A DNA stretch of 64,000 nt from Candidatus Poribacteria bacterium (GTDB lineage Bacteria > Poribacteria > WGA-4E > WGA-3G). Made by a program: the position numbers and the translations under genes. Shown one piece after another: positions 10,195 to 20,642 of this stretch (position 1 is its first letter; the number at the start of each line of letters is the position of its first letter). The notes below the pieces were generated by a model. That model was not told where the DNA came from. It did no database searches and saw nothing but the letters and a program-made list of their open reading frames with translations. The stretch is taken from contig OZ242029.1 of NCBI GenBank assembly GCA_965205015.1, positions 1,248,001-1,312,000 on the forward strand, in the 5' to 3' direction.

Positions 10195-11115
10195 TTATAC
10201 GAGCCGCGCTGGATTATGAACAAGCCTCGTTTCCACTGCATCCTCAAATGGATGCGTGCTGAAAACGCCGTTTCCTAACATAATCATGGAAGCGACACCG
10301 CCCTCCGCCTCAATTTGTTCGATTGTCTCTATGACGCGGGTATCACTGAGCAAGCCGCTCTCCACCGAAAACCGTTTTGATACCCTAAAACAGGTTTTTA
10401 ATTTATGTCCTCCTGACCTGCCTTCCATTTCATTTCGGACAGGCTTTTGGTTAATTCGTGCTTGGTTTTGAGGATTTGTGCCGAGTTCTTCTGTTTCACC
10501 GATAAGCGTTTGTAAAACGCCTAATGCAGCATCGGCGGCACGATTGATACGGATCGTCTGCTCTCTGTTTCCGAGGACCTCGCTGGTCTGAATCGGTCCG
10601 AAGTAGCGGTAATAGATAGGCTGTTCTGCTATCGGTAACCTATCGGCAACCAATGGCGCGCCTTCTCTCAACTTGACGAGCCACCCCCCGTGATATTGTG
10701 AACAGACATCACCCAATCCAGTACGATTTTCAACCTCTGCGACGTGCGCTATCATCGCCAGCGTCTCCACATCTTTACCCAGATGGAGCAGTCCATTGAG
10801 TGCGTATGCCGTCGCGAGTGACGCGGCCCCGCTAAGACCAAAGCCGCAACCGAGGGGTAATGGAGTCGTCAAGTCTACCTTCACACCTGCCACGCCTGCG
10901 TCTTGGGTGAGCCGATCCGTAACAGCCCGGACCGTCGGAAAATCTATGATCTGTCCGTTAAACAGCACGCTTGTTTCACGGTGCTCAGAGACGGTGACTT
11001 CTACACCCTCTTTAAGGGTAAACCCCATGCCGAGCGAGTGCATACGGGTTGCATCGGCGTGCGGAATAACTTTGAAAACACACGAAATGTTGCCAGGGGC
11101 AAAGGCTTTCACCAT
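10195..11115 (-). CDS. Archaeal-type pantoate kinase (GHMP kinase family)
   Basis: MVKAFAPGNISCVF...SLGMGFTL; GHMP motif PLGCGFGLSGA; AHVAEVENRTGLGDV; MIMLGNGVF, all typical of archaeal PoK. Start at 11115, just after the sulfatase stop. Confidence 0.8.
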   Translation of the reverse strand: MVKAFAPGNISCVFKVIPHADATRMHSLGMGFTLKEGVEVTVSEHRETSVLFNGQIIDFPTVRAVTDRLTQDAGVAGVKVDLTTPLPLGCGFGLSGAASLATAYALNGLLHLGKDVETLAMIAHVAEVENRTGLGDVCSQYHGGWLVKLREGAPLVADRLPIAEQPIYYRYFGPIQTSEVLGNREQTIRINRAADAALGVLQTLIGETEELGTNPQNQARINQKPVRNEMEGRSGGHKLKTCFRVSKRFSVESGLLSDTRVIETIEQIEAEGGVASMIMLGNGVFSTHPFEDAVETRLVHNPARLV

Positions 11116-11116
11116 T

Positions 11117-12520
11117 CTATACATCCCGTCGAGGTGAAGCATATCTCGGGTGGAAAGCACCTTCACCACATTGTCCTGCCTCAATCTTTGCCGCCTGTCC
11201 GCCACCGGTAACGGAACACCTTGCTCCATCTAACTCCGGTAAGACGTACCGCTGAAACCACGCCCCCATCTGCTGTTTCATGTCAGTTATACGGGCGTTC
11301 TGAGACTTGTCATCTATCAGATTTTTCCGTTCATCCGGGTCGTTTACCAAGTCGTACAACTCATGTGGACCATAAGGATACCTATGGACATACTTCCACT
11401 CCTGTGTTCGGATCATGCGGACGGGTCCGTATTCATCGAAGATAACGATCTCGTCTTTCGCGTCGTTTGTTTCCCCAGAAAGCGCGGGCACAAAACTCCT
11501 GCCGGGTGACATATCATCATTCGGATCGGGACATCCAAGATAATCGAGGAGTGTCGGCATGAAATCGTATTGGCTCACCATCGCTTCGCTGACACGACCT
11601 TCAGGAATACTGCCGGGTTGACTGACAATGAAGGGCACTTTGACGGAGTTTTCATACATATTCAGTGGGAATGTTCCGTTCCCTTTATGCCAAAATCCGT
11701 GATGTCCACACGAATAACCGTTGTCACTACTGAAGACAATGAGCGTATTCTCACGGATCCCTAACTCGGCAAGCCGTTCTAAAATGCGTCCGACGTTCAA
11801 ATCAAGTGCGGTAATCGCCGCGAAATAGCCTTTCAACGATTCACGATTGCCCATGTGCACAGCGGCACCTTGCACAGCCCACGGGTGCAATGCCTCCTGC
11901 GGACATGTTTTGAAGGGACAATCGTCATAGGAGTCAACAATGTCTTGAGGGTGTCCCGTAAAAGGTGTATGCGGCGCGTTATAGTTGACGCTGAGATAGA
12001 ACGGTCCCTCCCGATTCGCTGAGATAAAGTCCAACGCATCATCGGTGATGACATCGGTAAGATAGCCGGGTTGCATTTCAACTTGTCCGTCCCGGATCAT
12101 ATCTGCATCGTTGTATTGACTCCCGCCTGTAAGCAAAGTGAACCAGTGAGTGAACCCGTGTTGGGGTGTTAAACTATCGCCAAGGTGCCACTTACCACTC
12201 AGTCCGACAGTATAGTTATTATCAGCTAAAACATCGGTATAACATGTCAACCCATCAAGGTATTGGGCGGGGTCTGGCGGCATATTTCCGTCCCGGATCC
12301 AGTCGTGTACGCCGTGCGCTGAAGGGATACGCCCGGTCATGAGACTTGCGCGCGCCGGTGAACAAACCGGGCTTGTACAGAAGAAGTTGGGGAAGCGGGT
12401 CCCCTCCGAGGCTAACTGATCAAGATAGGGTGTTCGGACTTCATCGTTGCCGCAACAGCCTGCTGCCCACGGTCCTTGGTCGTCCGTTAAAATAAAGATG
12501 ACATTCGGTTTGTTTTCCAT
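11117..12520 (-). CDS. Sulfatase (FGly-dependent, choline-sulfatase-like)
   Basis: PNVIFILTDD, CSPARASLMTG (CxPxR), GKWHLG, SDNG. Confidence 0.93.
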   Translation of the reverse strand: MENKPNVIFILTDDQGPWAAGCCGNDEVRTPYLDQLASEGTRFPNFFCTSPVCSPARASLMTGRIPSAHGVHDWIRDGNMPPDPAQYLDGLTCYTDVLADNNYTVGLSGKWHLGDSLTPQHGFTHWFTLLTGGSQYNDADMIRDGQVEMQPGYLTDVITDDALDFISANREGPFYLSVNYNAPHTPFTGHPQDIVDSYDDCPFKTCPQEALHPWAVQGAAVHMGNRESLKGYFAAITALDLNVGRILERLAELGIRENTLIVFSSDNGYSCGHHGFWHKGNGTFPLNMYENSVKVPFIVSQPGSIPEGRVSEAMVSQYDFMPTLLDYLGCPDPNDDMSPGRSFVPALSGETNDAKDEIVIFDEYGPVRMIRTQEWKYVHRYPYGPHELYDLVNDPDERKNLIDDKSQNARITDMKQQMGAWFQRYVLPELDGARCSVTGGGQAAKIEAGQCGEGAFHPRYASPRRDV

Positions 12521-12556
12521 ATAGCATCCTCCAGTTTACTAATAAAGTGGGAGCGA

Positions 12557-13165
12557 TCAATTATTAGTTTCCTTTCGTAATTCCTCCAAGAGGCGGACAA
12601 TGTCCCGATAGCATTTATCAAATGAGTCGGCTTGACGGGCTTGTTCTATATCAAAGAGTGCTGCGAGTGCAGGTTGGTCGCGCTTTGGATGATACGTTCT
12701 GCCACTCTGCATTCGCTGGTTCAACCACTCCTTTGCCCCACGAATTGCCTCAGGGTTATTCGGAGGGTTAATATCGTTTTTTAACCCTCTTTGCCCGCGC
12801 AGCGACTCGGCTGCGGCAAGAAACCACGCCTCAAATTCATGTGCGGCAAGAACAACGGCAATAGGTACATCACGAAAAACTTGTGAGACTCGATAAAGCA
12901 ATGCGGGCCCTAATTCTGCTGGACAGTCATCATCGCTGTCAAGAATGATAAATACAGCACCTTGTCTCCCGATACTCCGAACTGCTAATCCGACTGCCCG
13001 CTCAAGTTCATCTGCCTTAAAGACCTTATTTCTGGGAATACGGATAGGGGTTGGAATGACAGTTATCAATTCAGGATAATGGCGTGCTGCCAAGCGTCGA
13101 ATCAAAATTGGTACGGCTTCCACTTCGCCGTGTCCTTCAACAATACATCCAATTTTGACCATCAT
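12557..13165 (-). CDS. DUF4276-family (TOPRIM-like) protein
   Basis: IVEGHGE, ILDSDDDCP, EFEAWFLA motifs; 4-nt overlap with the upstream ATPase. Confidence 0.75.
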   Translation of the reverse strand: MMVKIGCIVEGHGEVEAVPILIRRLAARHYPELITVIPTPIRIPRNKVFKADELERAVGLAVRSIGRQGAVFIILDSDDDCPAELGPALLYRVSQVFRDVPIAVVLAAHEFEAWFLAAAESLRGQRGLKNDINPPNNPEAIRGAKEWLNQRMQSGRTYHPKRDQPALAALFDIEQARQADSFDKCYRDIVRLLEELRKETNN

Positions 13166-14418
13166 TCACGTTTTCCTTTTTTCTTTTTTTGTTCAGTATC
13201 TTTTTTGTTGGAATGAAAAAGATCAAGCTGCTGAACTTTCGGGCGGTTAGTTAAAGATGTCTGATGTAGATCTGGTTGCAATTGATCAACACGTAGAAGT
13301 TCGCCGACTGTAAACAACCGATCTCGAACGACAGACTTGCCAACTTCATTGACTGGCGCGATGATCGTATTTCCATCACACATTTCGACCGCGAGAATTG
13401 AATCCACATCCAAATGTTTGTCCTCAAGAAGATCCGGACTGTGGCTGGTAACGATGACCTGTCTTCTGTGGGCAGCATCCCGAAGCCCGTCCAGCAACAC
13501 CCCCACTGCTGCTGGATGAAGTGCTATTTCTGGTTCTTCAATTCCAATGAGTGGTACGCGTTTCTGTCCCTCATGATTTTCTTGGAGCAGTGCCACCAGA
13601 ATGCCCAACGCGCGGAGGGTACCATCAGACATATTATTTGCAAAAAATCGTCCTCGGTAACTGTCCTCTGTGACTTTCTGTCTGAACACTAACGTCTGCT
13701 TGGGACCAAACGTTTTGACATTCACCTCACGAACACTAGGATCAACTAACGCTAAACATTCCTCAATGTCTTGCTTTACAATGGGTGATAACTGATTGAG
13801 AACACTGGTAAGGTTACTCCCATCACGCAGAAGCATATCTCCAAGATCCGGGTCTTGGAGGTCTCGGATTCTATCCAAATTGAGGTTATAAAATTCCATT
13901 CGAGAAAATGCTTCATAAACACGGCGAAATTCAGGCAGCCCAGACGCATTTACCAAATAGAGTCGATCCGTTGCAGCCGTCGGTGCGACTTCCACACTTG
14001 TGTCGGTTACAGTCCCATTCTTAACACGAAAGTATTTTTCTGACGTGCAGCCCAGCTCGTTTTGAACGCTACATTCTTCCGTCTGAACCTCGCACCCTCC
14101 TGGAGAACGCTTCCTAATTTGGAAAGCATAGTGTCCCGTTAAACCTTCAGGTAAAACGAATTCAAGGCGAATACTGAAATGGTTCGGGTACCTCCGAGAT
14201 CGATGGCAGACATTATTGATTCCACCTCGATCGCGTATGGCGTGATCCAGCGACATATTTAACGCATCGGCAACGAATCGGAGGGCATCCAAAAAATTGC
14301 TCTTGCCCGCGCCGTTGCGCCCCACAAGGAAGATCAAGGGTCCCAACCGGACATCACAGACGGCGATACTCTTATAGTTTTTCAGAACCACTCTTGTAAT
14401 AAACGTCGGATCTTTCAT
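13162..14418 (-). CDS. AAA_21/SMC-like ABC ATPase
   Basis: LKNYKS, Walker A GRNGAGKSN, signature MSDGT, Walker B IEEPE, TSHSP. Start MKDPT at 14418 has a GAGG RBS. Confidence 0.88.
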   Translation of the reverse strand: MKDPTFITRVVLKNYKSIAVCDVRLGPLIFLVGRNGAGKSNFLDALRFVADALNMSLDHAIRDRGGINNVCHRSRRYPNHFSIRLEFVLPEGLTGHYAFQIRKRSPGGCEVQTEECSVQNELGCTSEKYFRVKNGTVTDTSVEVAPTAATDRLYLVNASGLPEFRRVYEAFSRMEFYNLNLDRIRDLQDPDLGDMLLRDGSNLTSVLNQLSPIVKQDIEECLALVDPSVREVNVKTFGPKQTLVFRQKVTEDSYRGRFFANNMSDGTLRALGILVALLQENHEGQKRVPLIGIEEPEIALHPAAVGVLLDGLRDAAHRRQVIVTSHSPDLLEDKHLDVDSILAVEMCDGNTIIAPVNEVGKSVVRDRLFTVGELLRVDQLQPDLHQTSLTNRPKVQQLDLFHSNKKDTEQKKKKGKRE

Positions 14419-14469
14419 GTTATTAAACCTCACCTTGGTGCCTCGCTGGAGTAAGGATGCCATGTGCAG

Positions 14470-15321
14470 CTACGCTACTGGGAATCCGTCACCGACAAGC
14501 CGTTCACCATCGGCGACCTCGATGGTTGGCACGAGGACGTGGTTCGGGGATTGCGCGTTGTTATAACAGACATCTTGCGCCATGAAAATCATGACAAAGG
14601 CGCGGCGTTGACGCTCCGTGACATTCGGCGGCGTGCCGTGCCAGTTCAGGCAGTGATGAAACATGCATTCGCCGGCTTTCAGTTCCACCGGAATGCCGTG
14701 ATTGATGCTCAATTCCCGTCTTTCTGCCCACTGGTCAGGCGGCGGTTCTCGCCCTGCCTCGCGCGCCTTCGCCGCTGCTGCATTTGCTGCAGCCCTCGCG
14801 GCGACGGAAAAACGTTCGTCTTTGTGGCTCTTCGGCATAACGTGCATGCACCCGCTCTCCACCGTGGCATCGTCCAACGCGAGCCAGCAGCTCACAATAT
14901 TCGGTGGACTGAGGGGCCAAAAGAAAAAATCGTGATGGAATGCGAAATGCCCGTTATCCTCTGGAGGTTTGGAAATCACCTGATCGTGCCAGAGACGGAC
15001 CTCAGGTGTATCCAGCAGGGCGCGTGCTGTCCCAGCGATGAGTGGGTGATGAATGGCTGCCTCATAATGTGGCTCCCGCTTCCACATGTTAACGTACTGA
15101 TGAATCGCGCGCGGGTGCCCACTGCCCCGATTGAGTCGGTTCTCGCGTCGGTCGTGTCCGTATTTGAACTCCGGCGAGGAATCGTCGCCCTCGTTAAGTT
15201 CCAATTCAATCACTGCATCTAACCCCGCGCGCATGGCTGCAACGCCATCGCTATCTAAAACGCTCCCAAACTTGAGATAGCCGTTTTCCTGAAAAAAATC
15301 AACCTGTTCTTGTGTTACCAT
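14470..15321 (-). CDS. Phytanoyl-CoA dioxygenase (PhyH) family Fe(II)/2OG oxygenase
   Basis: FFQENGYL, HHD, WLALDDATVESGCM, HGTPPN...RRA. Confidence 0.9.
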   Translation of the reverse strand: MVTQEQVDFFQENGYLKFGSVLDSDGVAAMRAGLDAVIELELNEGDDSSPEFKYGHDRRENRLNRGSGHPRAIHQYVNMWKREPHYEAAIHHPLIAGTARALLDTPEVRLWHDQVISKPPEDNGHFAFHHDFFFWPLSPPNIVSCWLALDDATVESGCMHVMPKSHKDERFSVAARAAANAAAAKAREAGREPPPDQWAERRELSINHGIPVELKAGECMFHHCLNWHGTPPNVTERQRRAFVMIFMAQDVCYNNAQSPNHVLVPTIEVADGERLVGDGFPVA

Positions 15322-15382
15322 TTCGTTCCTCCATGTGTCAATTGTCCTACGCCTGAATTGGGGGTCTCCTTCTACTAACCCA

Positions 15383-16141
15383 TCAGATCGGAAATTGATG
15401 ATTGCCCGCCGTCAACCCACCATCAATGACGAAGATTGCCCCTGTTGCAAAACTGGCTTCATCGGAGGCGAGGAAGAGCGCGGCATTCGCGATGTCAATC
15501 GGTTGCCCAATCCGTCCTAACGGATACCAGGGCGTGATTTCGTCGAGAATCTGTGGGTTACGCTCCATCATCGGCTCCCAAACTTCGGTTTGAATCGTTC
15601 CGGGACAGATACAGTTGATACGGATGTTGTCTTTACCGTGTGCGACTGCCATTGAGCGGGTCAAAGCAATAACGCCACCTTTCGCAGCAGAATACGCATG
15701 GATCGCCTGTAACCCGATGAGACCATTGACAGAAGCGATATTGACGATACTACCGCCGCCAGCCGCTTGCATCACGGGGATAACGGCGTTGGAACAGTGG
15801 CTGGTGCCTTGGAGCGCGACCGCTAAGTTTGCTTCCCAGTTGTTGTTCAGCACATCGGCAGTGGAACAGATAGCGTTGTTCACCAAAATATCAACCGTGC
15901 CGTAGGCATCAACAGTTCTCCCAATCAGACCTTCTGCATCGGCAGTATCAGAGACATCGGCATTGACGAAGAGTGCTTCGCCTCCGGCATCGGTTATAGC
16001 AGCGACGGTTGCTGTGCCGAGGGCATCATTCACGTCATCAACGACAACTTTCGCTCCTTCTTCGGCGAACCGAAGGGCAACTGCCCTGCCGATACCGCGT
16101 CCAGCTCCTGTGACAATGGCTATTTTATTATCCAACCGCAT
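15383..16141 (-). CDS. Short-chain dehydrogenase/reductase (FabG-like)
   Basis: TGAGRGIG, NNA, YSAAK, IDGG. Confidence 0.93.
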   Translation of the reverse strand: MRLDNKIAIVTGAGRGIGRAVALRFAEEGAKVVVDDVNDALGTATVAAITDAGGEALFVNADVSDTADAEGLIGRTVDAYGTVDILVNNAICSTADVLNNNWEANLAVALQGTSHCSNAVIPVMQAAGGGSIVNIASVNGLIGLQAIHAYSAAKGGVIALTRSMAVAHGKDNIRINCICPGTIQTEVWEPMMERNPQILDEITPWYPLGRIGQPIDIANAALFLASDEASFATGAIFVIDGGLTAGNHQFPI

Positions 16142-16299
16142 TTTTTGTCCTATCTCTTTTTTGTGAGAATTGAGGATATTAAAGACGGCTTTTGAATTAT
16201 AGAATCTGCCGCGTTCACCCTCTGAAAAATCATATTTTGTATGGTATAATGAAGAGTGAATGAATATGCTGCGGAAGTATTCTATTCCGCGAGATTTAC

Positions 16300-17061
16300 C
16301 TAATGTTGTAGCGTCTGCGAGATGAAAAGTTTCGTGCGTTCGTGCTGTGGGTTGTCAAAGAAATCTGCGGGTGCTGCGTCCTCGACAATCGCCCCCTCAT
16401 CAAAGAAAAGGATCCGATCGGCGACCTCGCGTGCAAATCCCATTTCATGCGTCACGACAAGCATCGTCATGCCAGAGCGCGCAAGTTCACGCATCACGTC
16501 CAACACTTCCGTAATCATCTCCGGGTCCAGGGCACTCGTCGGTTCATCGAAAAGCATAATCTTCGGTTCCATTGCCAGTGCCCTTGCGATTGCGACTCGC
16601 TGCTGTTGACCCCCCGAAATTTCTGAGGGATACTTGTACGCCTGATCTGCGATATCCACCCGTTCTAAAAGCGATAAAGCGATCTCTTCGGCTTCACTTT
16701 TCGTCATCTTCCTGACCCGGATGGGACCTAAGGTGATATTCTGTAGGTTCGTCAGGTGGGGAAACAGATTGAACTGCTGGAACACCATACCGACTTCTTG
16801 ACGGATGAGATTGATATTTCGGAGATCATCGCTGAGCTCAACGCCATCAACGATAATTGTGCCACGCTGATGCTCCTCCAAACGGTTTAACGTTCGGATG
16901 AATGTAGACTTCCCGGAGCCAGAGGGACCGCATATCACCGCCCTTTCGCCTTTTTCAAATGAGGTCGTAATCCCTTTGAGGACGTGAAAATCGTCAAACC
17001 ATTTGTGTACATCCTCACAGACGATAATCGGATCGCTTGACGCGTTTTCAAGGTGTTCCAT
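16300..17061 (-). CDS. aapP: General L-amino acid ABC transporter ATP-binding subunit
   Basis: [35 protein letters not shown]; last gene of the aap operon. Confidence 0.9.
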   Translation of the reverse strand: MEHLENASSDPIIVCEDVHKWFDDFHVLKGITTSFEKGERAVICGPSGSGKSTFIRTLNRLEEHQRGTIIVDGVELSDDLRNINLIRQEVGMVFQQFNLFPHLTNLQNITLGPIRVRKMTKSEAEEIALSLLERVDIADQAYKYPSEISGGQQQRVAIARALAMEPKIMLFDEPTSALDPEMITEVLDVMRELARSGMTMLVVTHEMGFAREVADRILFFDEGAIVEDAAPADFFDNPQHERTKLFISQTLQH

Positions 17062-17152
17062 TTTTTATTTTCCTTGTAGTGGCTGTGGACGTTATAGCCA
17101 TCAGCGATCAGGGATCAGCAGTGAGTCGGGATTGGAAATCCCGCCTACCGTG

Positions 17153-18334
17153 TTAGATTTCTCCGACGCCGAGGGCTGTTTCAATTTCCTGGCTGACATA
17201 GGACATCGAATAACTGAAAACGAAATAGATAATTGCAGCGAACAGATAGACCTCGGCTTGCAGTCCGAACCAATCTGGATTGGCGATAACACTTCTGGCG
17301 ACACCTAAGAGGTCGATAAGCCCGATGATAGCAACTAAGGATGTGTCCTTAAACAACGCGATGAATTGTCCAACAATCGCTGGAATGACCGCCCGGAGTG
17401 CTTGCGGTAAGACGATAAACAGCATTGTCTGCACGTAGTTAAGTCCTATCGCTTGTGCAGCCTCATGTTGTCCGCGCGGAATCCCTTGGAGTCCCCCACG
17501 AACGTTCTCTGCCATGTAGGCAGCAGAGAAGAAGGTGATTGCGAGCTCCATCCGTAAAACCTGGTTAATATCAAGCCCCGGCATGAAGATCGGTATCAAG
17601 ATATTCCCCATAAATAGGATTGTTATCAACGGCACACCGCGAACCATCTCAATATAAGCCGTCGAAACCCATCGGATAGCAGGAAGATCGCTCTGACGGC
17701 AGAGTGCTAAAAACACACCAAGCGGAAAAGAGACGACGATACCCACAACCGCTAAAATCAGGGTCAATAGCAGTCCACCCCAATTGCTTGTGAGAACACC
17801 ATTCTCCCCGAACCCGCGTAACACGATCATTATCAAGGGAAAGGAGAGCAACCACCCTCCCAAAATCCAAGGGCGTAACCCTGTTCTGCCACGCCCAAGC
17901 AAAAGCGCGGCTGTTGTTGTGACTACGGCACCTAAAAACCACCCTCGCGTCGAGAGTTCAAAGGGGAGCAGAGCCCCAATGAACCAAATACCGCCAAGCA
18001 CAACGGCAAATCGGAGAATCAAGCCACCCCACATTCCGGCACTCAAACCCACAAGCACGCACAAGATATAAATCACACTCCATACGCGCCATATCTGTTC
18101 CCGTGGATAAGACCCGACGCCAAAGAGCTGAAGGTTCGCCGGAATAACACCCCACTCTGCTTCTGTAAAAGCCCACGTCAAAAGTGCCTTAAAAATAAAA
18201 AAAAGGCATATAAGCGCCAAGCAACTTAAAAGCACGTTGTACCAAGTGTTAAATAAGTTGTCCTTCATCCATCGTACGGGACTTTTTGTATGGGCTGGGG
18301 GTTTAATTTCTTGCGTAAACTCTCGTTCTTCCAC
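17153..18334 (-). CDS. aapM: Amino acid ABC transporter permease
   Basis: WGGLLLTL, RGVPLI, AENVRGGLQ, FIALFKDTSLV. Confidence 0.9.
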   Translation of the reverse strand: MEEREFTQEIKPPAHTKSPVRWMKDNLFNTWYNVLLSCLALICLFFIFKALLTWAFTEAEWGVIPANLQLFGVGSYPREQIWRVWSVIYILCVLVGLSAGMWGGLILRFAVVLGGIWFIGALLPFELSTRGWFLGAVVTTTAALLLGRGRTGLRPWILGGWLLSFPLIMIVLRGFGENGVLTSNWGGLLLTLILAVVGIVVSFPLGVFLALCRQSDLPAIRWVSTAYIEMVRGVPLITILFMGNILIPIFMPGLDINQVLRMELAITFFSAAYMAENVRGGLQGIPRGQHEAAQAIGLNYVQTMLFIVLPQALRAVIPAIVGQFIALFKDTSLVAIIGLIDLLGVARSVIANPDWFGLQAEVYLFAAIIYFVFSYSMSYVSQEIETALGVGEI

Positions 18335-18423
18335 TGTGTGATGCGCCTTCCTTATTGGTTATCGGTTGTCAGTTATCAGTATGGGTCGGGAATCGGAGTT
18401 CCCTCCTACAAAGAGGTCGTTAG

Positions 18424-19608
18424 TTATCGTCCGATTCGGTTAATCCAACGGTTGTACCAATTCATGGCGGCTGATGTCGTCAAACTCATAACCAGATAAC
18501 TCGCCATAATCATCGCGAAAACCGGAATTGATTGTCCCGTCTGCGTCATCATTGTATTTCCGACGCTCACCAGATCGGGGAAACCGATTGCAATAGCCAA
18601 ACTTGAATTTTTCGTAAGGTTCAGGTACTGACTTGTCAGCGGTGGCACAATGATAGGGATAGACTGGGGTAGAACGATTAACCGTAATGTCTGCGATTCC
18701 TTCAAACCGACGGCTCTCGCGGCTTCCCGTTGACCCTTAACGACCGATTGTATACCGCTTCTCACGATTTCGGCAATAAAAGCCCCTGTATACACAGAAA
18801 GCGCAATTAAAAGGGCAGAAAACTCTGGTGAAAAGCGCATCCCCCCTTTGAAGTTAAAACCTTGTAACACCGGTAAATCCAGCGTAAACGGTCTGGTCGG
18901 TGCGAGAAACCATCCACAAAGTGCCACGATAAGGAAGGCAGGCAGTGCCCACTTGGCACGAAAACCGGGACGGTCCAACTGTTGGAGCTTCCGCCATCGC
19001 ACGACATAGAGAACCGCCGCCAGGAGTAAACCCGCGCCAAGAAAACCGAGCCAAATTCCCAGACCTGCGGTAGGTTCAGGCGACGGTAGGTATATCCCTC
19101 GGTTGTTAATGAACACGCCTCCGAACAGTGCTATACTCTCCCTAACTCTGGGGAGTTGACCGACTACGGCAGTGTACCAAAACAGAATCTGCAGCAGGAG
19201 GGGAATGTTCCGGAAACATTCAACATAAGCGGTCGCTATCGTTCGGATTAACCAGTTACTCGACAGTCGAGCGATGCCGAAAAGGAGTCCCAGCAACGTC
19301 GCACAGACGATCCCTATGATGCTGACTTTAAGGGTATTCAGGATCCCAACCCAGAACGCCTTGAGATACACATCCGAAGGTTCATACGGAATACCCTCCG
19401 AAATGTCAAACCCGGCTTCGTCCTGAAGAAAATCGAGGTTCAGTGTTAGTCCAAGCCCACGAAGCCCCTTGAGCATGTTCGTGTAAAGAATGACTAACAA
19501 CAGGATCACACCGAGCAAGAAAATAACCTGAAACAGGACCCGTAAAACTCGGATATCTCGCCAGAAGGGGATTTTTCCCGATACAACCTTAGGTGAATTA
19601 TTTTCCAT
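18424..19608 (-). CDS. aapQ: Amino acid ABC transporter permease
   Basis: RNIPLLLQ, AEIVRSGIQSV..GQ.EA, QYLNLTKNSSLA. Start MENNS at 19608. Confidence 0.9.
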   Translation of the reverse strand: MENNSPKVVSGKIPFWRDIRVLRVLFQVIFLLGVILLLVILYTNMLKGLRGLGLTLNLDFLQDEAGFDISEGIPYEPSDVYLKAFWVGILNTLKVSIIGIVCATLLGLLFGIARLSSNWLIRTIATAYVECFRNIPLLLQILFWYTAVVGQLPRVRESIALFGGVFINNRGIYLPSPEPTAGLGIWLGFLGAGLLLAAVLYVVRWRKLQQLDRPGFRAKWALPAFLIVALCGWFLAPTRPFTLDLPVLQGFNFKGGMRFSPEFSALLIALSVYTGAFIAEIVRSGIQSVVKGQREAARAVGLKESQTLRLIVLPQSIPIIVPPLTSQYLNLTKNSSLAIAIGFPDLVSVGNTMMTQTGQSIPVFAMIMASYLVMSLTTSAAMNWYNRWINRIGR

Positions 19609-19610
19609 CT

Positions 19611-20642
19611 TTAACGGAACGGCATCGAGTAGAGTAAACCGCCTTGCGTCCACGGCTTATTGACGCCACGCGGCAGGCCCAGTGGCGTCAGATTACGGTC
19701 AAAAATCTCGCCATAGTTGCCAACAGCAGCGATAACTTGGCGCGCCCAATCTTTCGAGAGCCCGAGTTTTTCACCCATGCCCCCACTTTCATCTAAACCC
19801 AAGAACCGTTTGATTTCGGGATTCTCTGTATTCTCTGGTTTAAAGGTGCTGACGTTGGCTTGCGTAATGCCGTGCTCCTCGGCGGAGAACGTGGCATAAA
19901 CGACCCAACTCACGACATCATTCCATTTGTTATCTCCATGGACGGTGACAGGCCCCAAAGGTTCTTTTGAAATGGTCACGTCAAGGATAATATGGTCATC
20001 CGGGTTTTTTAAGGATTGACGCCGGGAGACTAATTGCGACTTGTCGCTTGTCACCGCATCGCAACGTCCCTGATCGTAACTCTGGTAAAGCGTCTCAGTC
20101 TCCTCAAAGACAACAGGTTCAACTTCGATCCCTAAGGCGCGTGTCGTATCGGCGAGGTTTAACTCAGTCGTACTGCCAGCAGTGACACCGATAGTCGCAC
20201 CCGCCAGTTCCTTGAGTGATGTTACCCCCAGCTCCTTAGGGAGCATGAACCCCTGGCCGTCGTAAAAGGTCGGTGGACAGAAGTCAGCCCCGAGATCCGT
20301 GTCGCGAGTCAGGGTCCAAGTGGTGTTTCGGATAAGCACATCTATTTCGCCTGTCTGGAGAGCGGGGAAACGTTCAGCAGCCTTTAAGGGACGGAACTCA
20401 ACCTTATTCGGGTCCCCCAGAACGGCAGCGGCGATCGCCCGACCGTAATCCACGTCAAATCCCTTCCATTCACCATCCTGACCGAGGAAACCGAAACCGG
20501 GTAATTCTTTGTTTACACCACATATCAGTCGACCTCTATTTTTAACTTTGTCCAGAATCCCTTCCTCACCTTCGGCGAGTAGTGGAACTACCAATGCAAT
20601 TGCTAAAACCAATGCGGAAACGCGAAACAAAAATTTACGCAC
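19611..20642 (-). CDS. aapJ: General L-amino acid ABC transporter substrate-binding protein
   Basis: Signal peptide; GFDVD, RNTTWTLTRD, ISKEPLGP, VGNYGEIFDRN, GGLLYSMPFR. Confidence 0.92.
   Translation of the reverse strand: MRKFLFRVSALVLAIALVVPLLAEGEEGILDKVKNRGRLICGVNKELPGFGFLGQDGEWKGFDVDYGRAIAAAVLGDPNKVEFRPLKAAERFPALQTGEIDVLIRNTTWTLTRDTDLGADFCPPTFYDGQGFMLPKELGVTSLKELAGATIGVTAGSTTELNLADTTRALGIEVEPVVFEETETLYQSYDQGRCDAVTSDKSQLVSRRQSLKNPDDHIILDVTISKEPLGPVTVHGDNKWNDVVSWVVYATFSAEEHGITQANVSTFKPENTENPEIKRFLGLDESGGMGEKLGLSKDWARQVIAAVGNYGEIFDRNLTPLGLPRGVNKPWTQGGLLYSMPFR

Noticed and set aside
11116-11229. ORF-track N-terminal extensions (pantoate kinase, and similarly 14463, 19653, 23527, 24052, 34074, 36157, 53363, 54172)
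   Set aside because: They overlap neighbouring genes or repeats; downstream ATGs with RBSs or family-typical N-termini fit better.
14464-15222. 252-aa plus-strand ORF
   Set aside because: Antisense shadow of the PhyH gene with no recognisable motifs.
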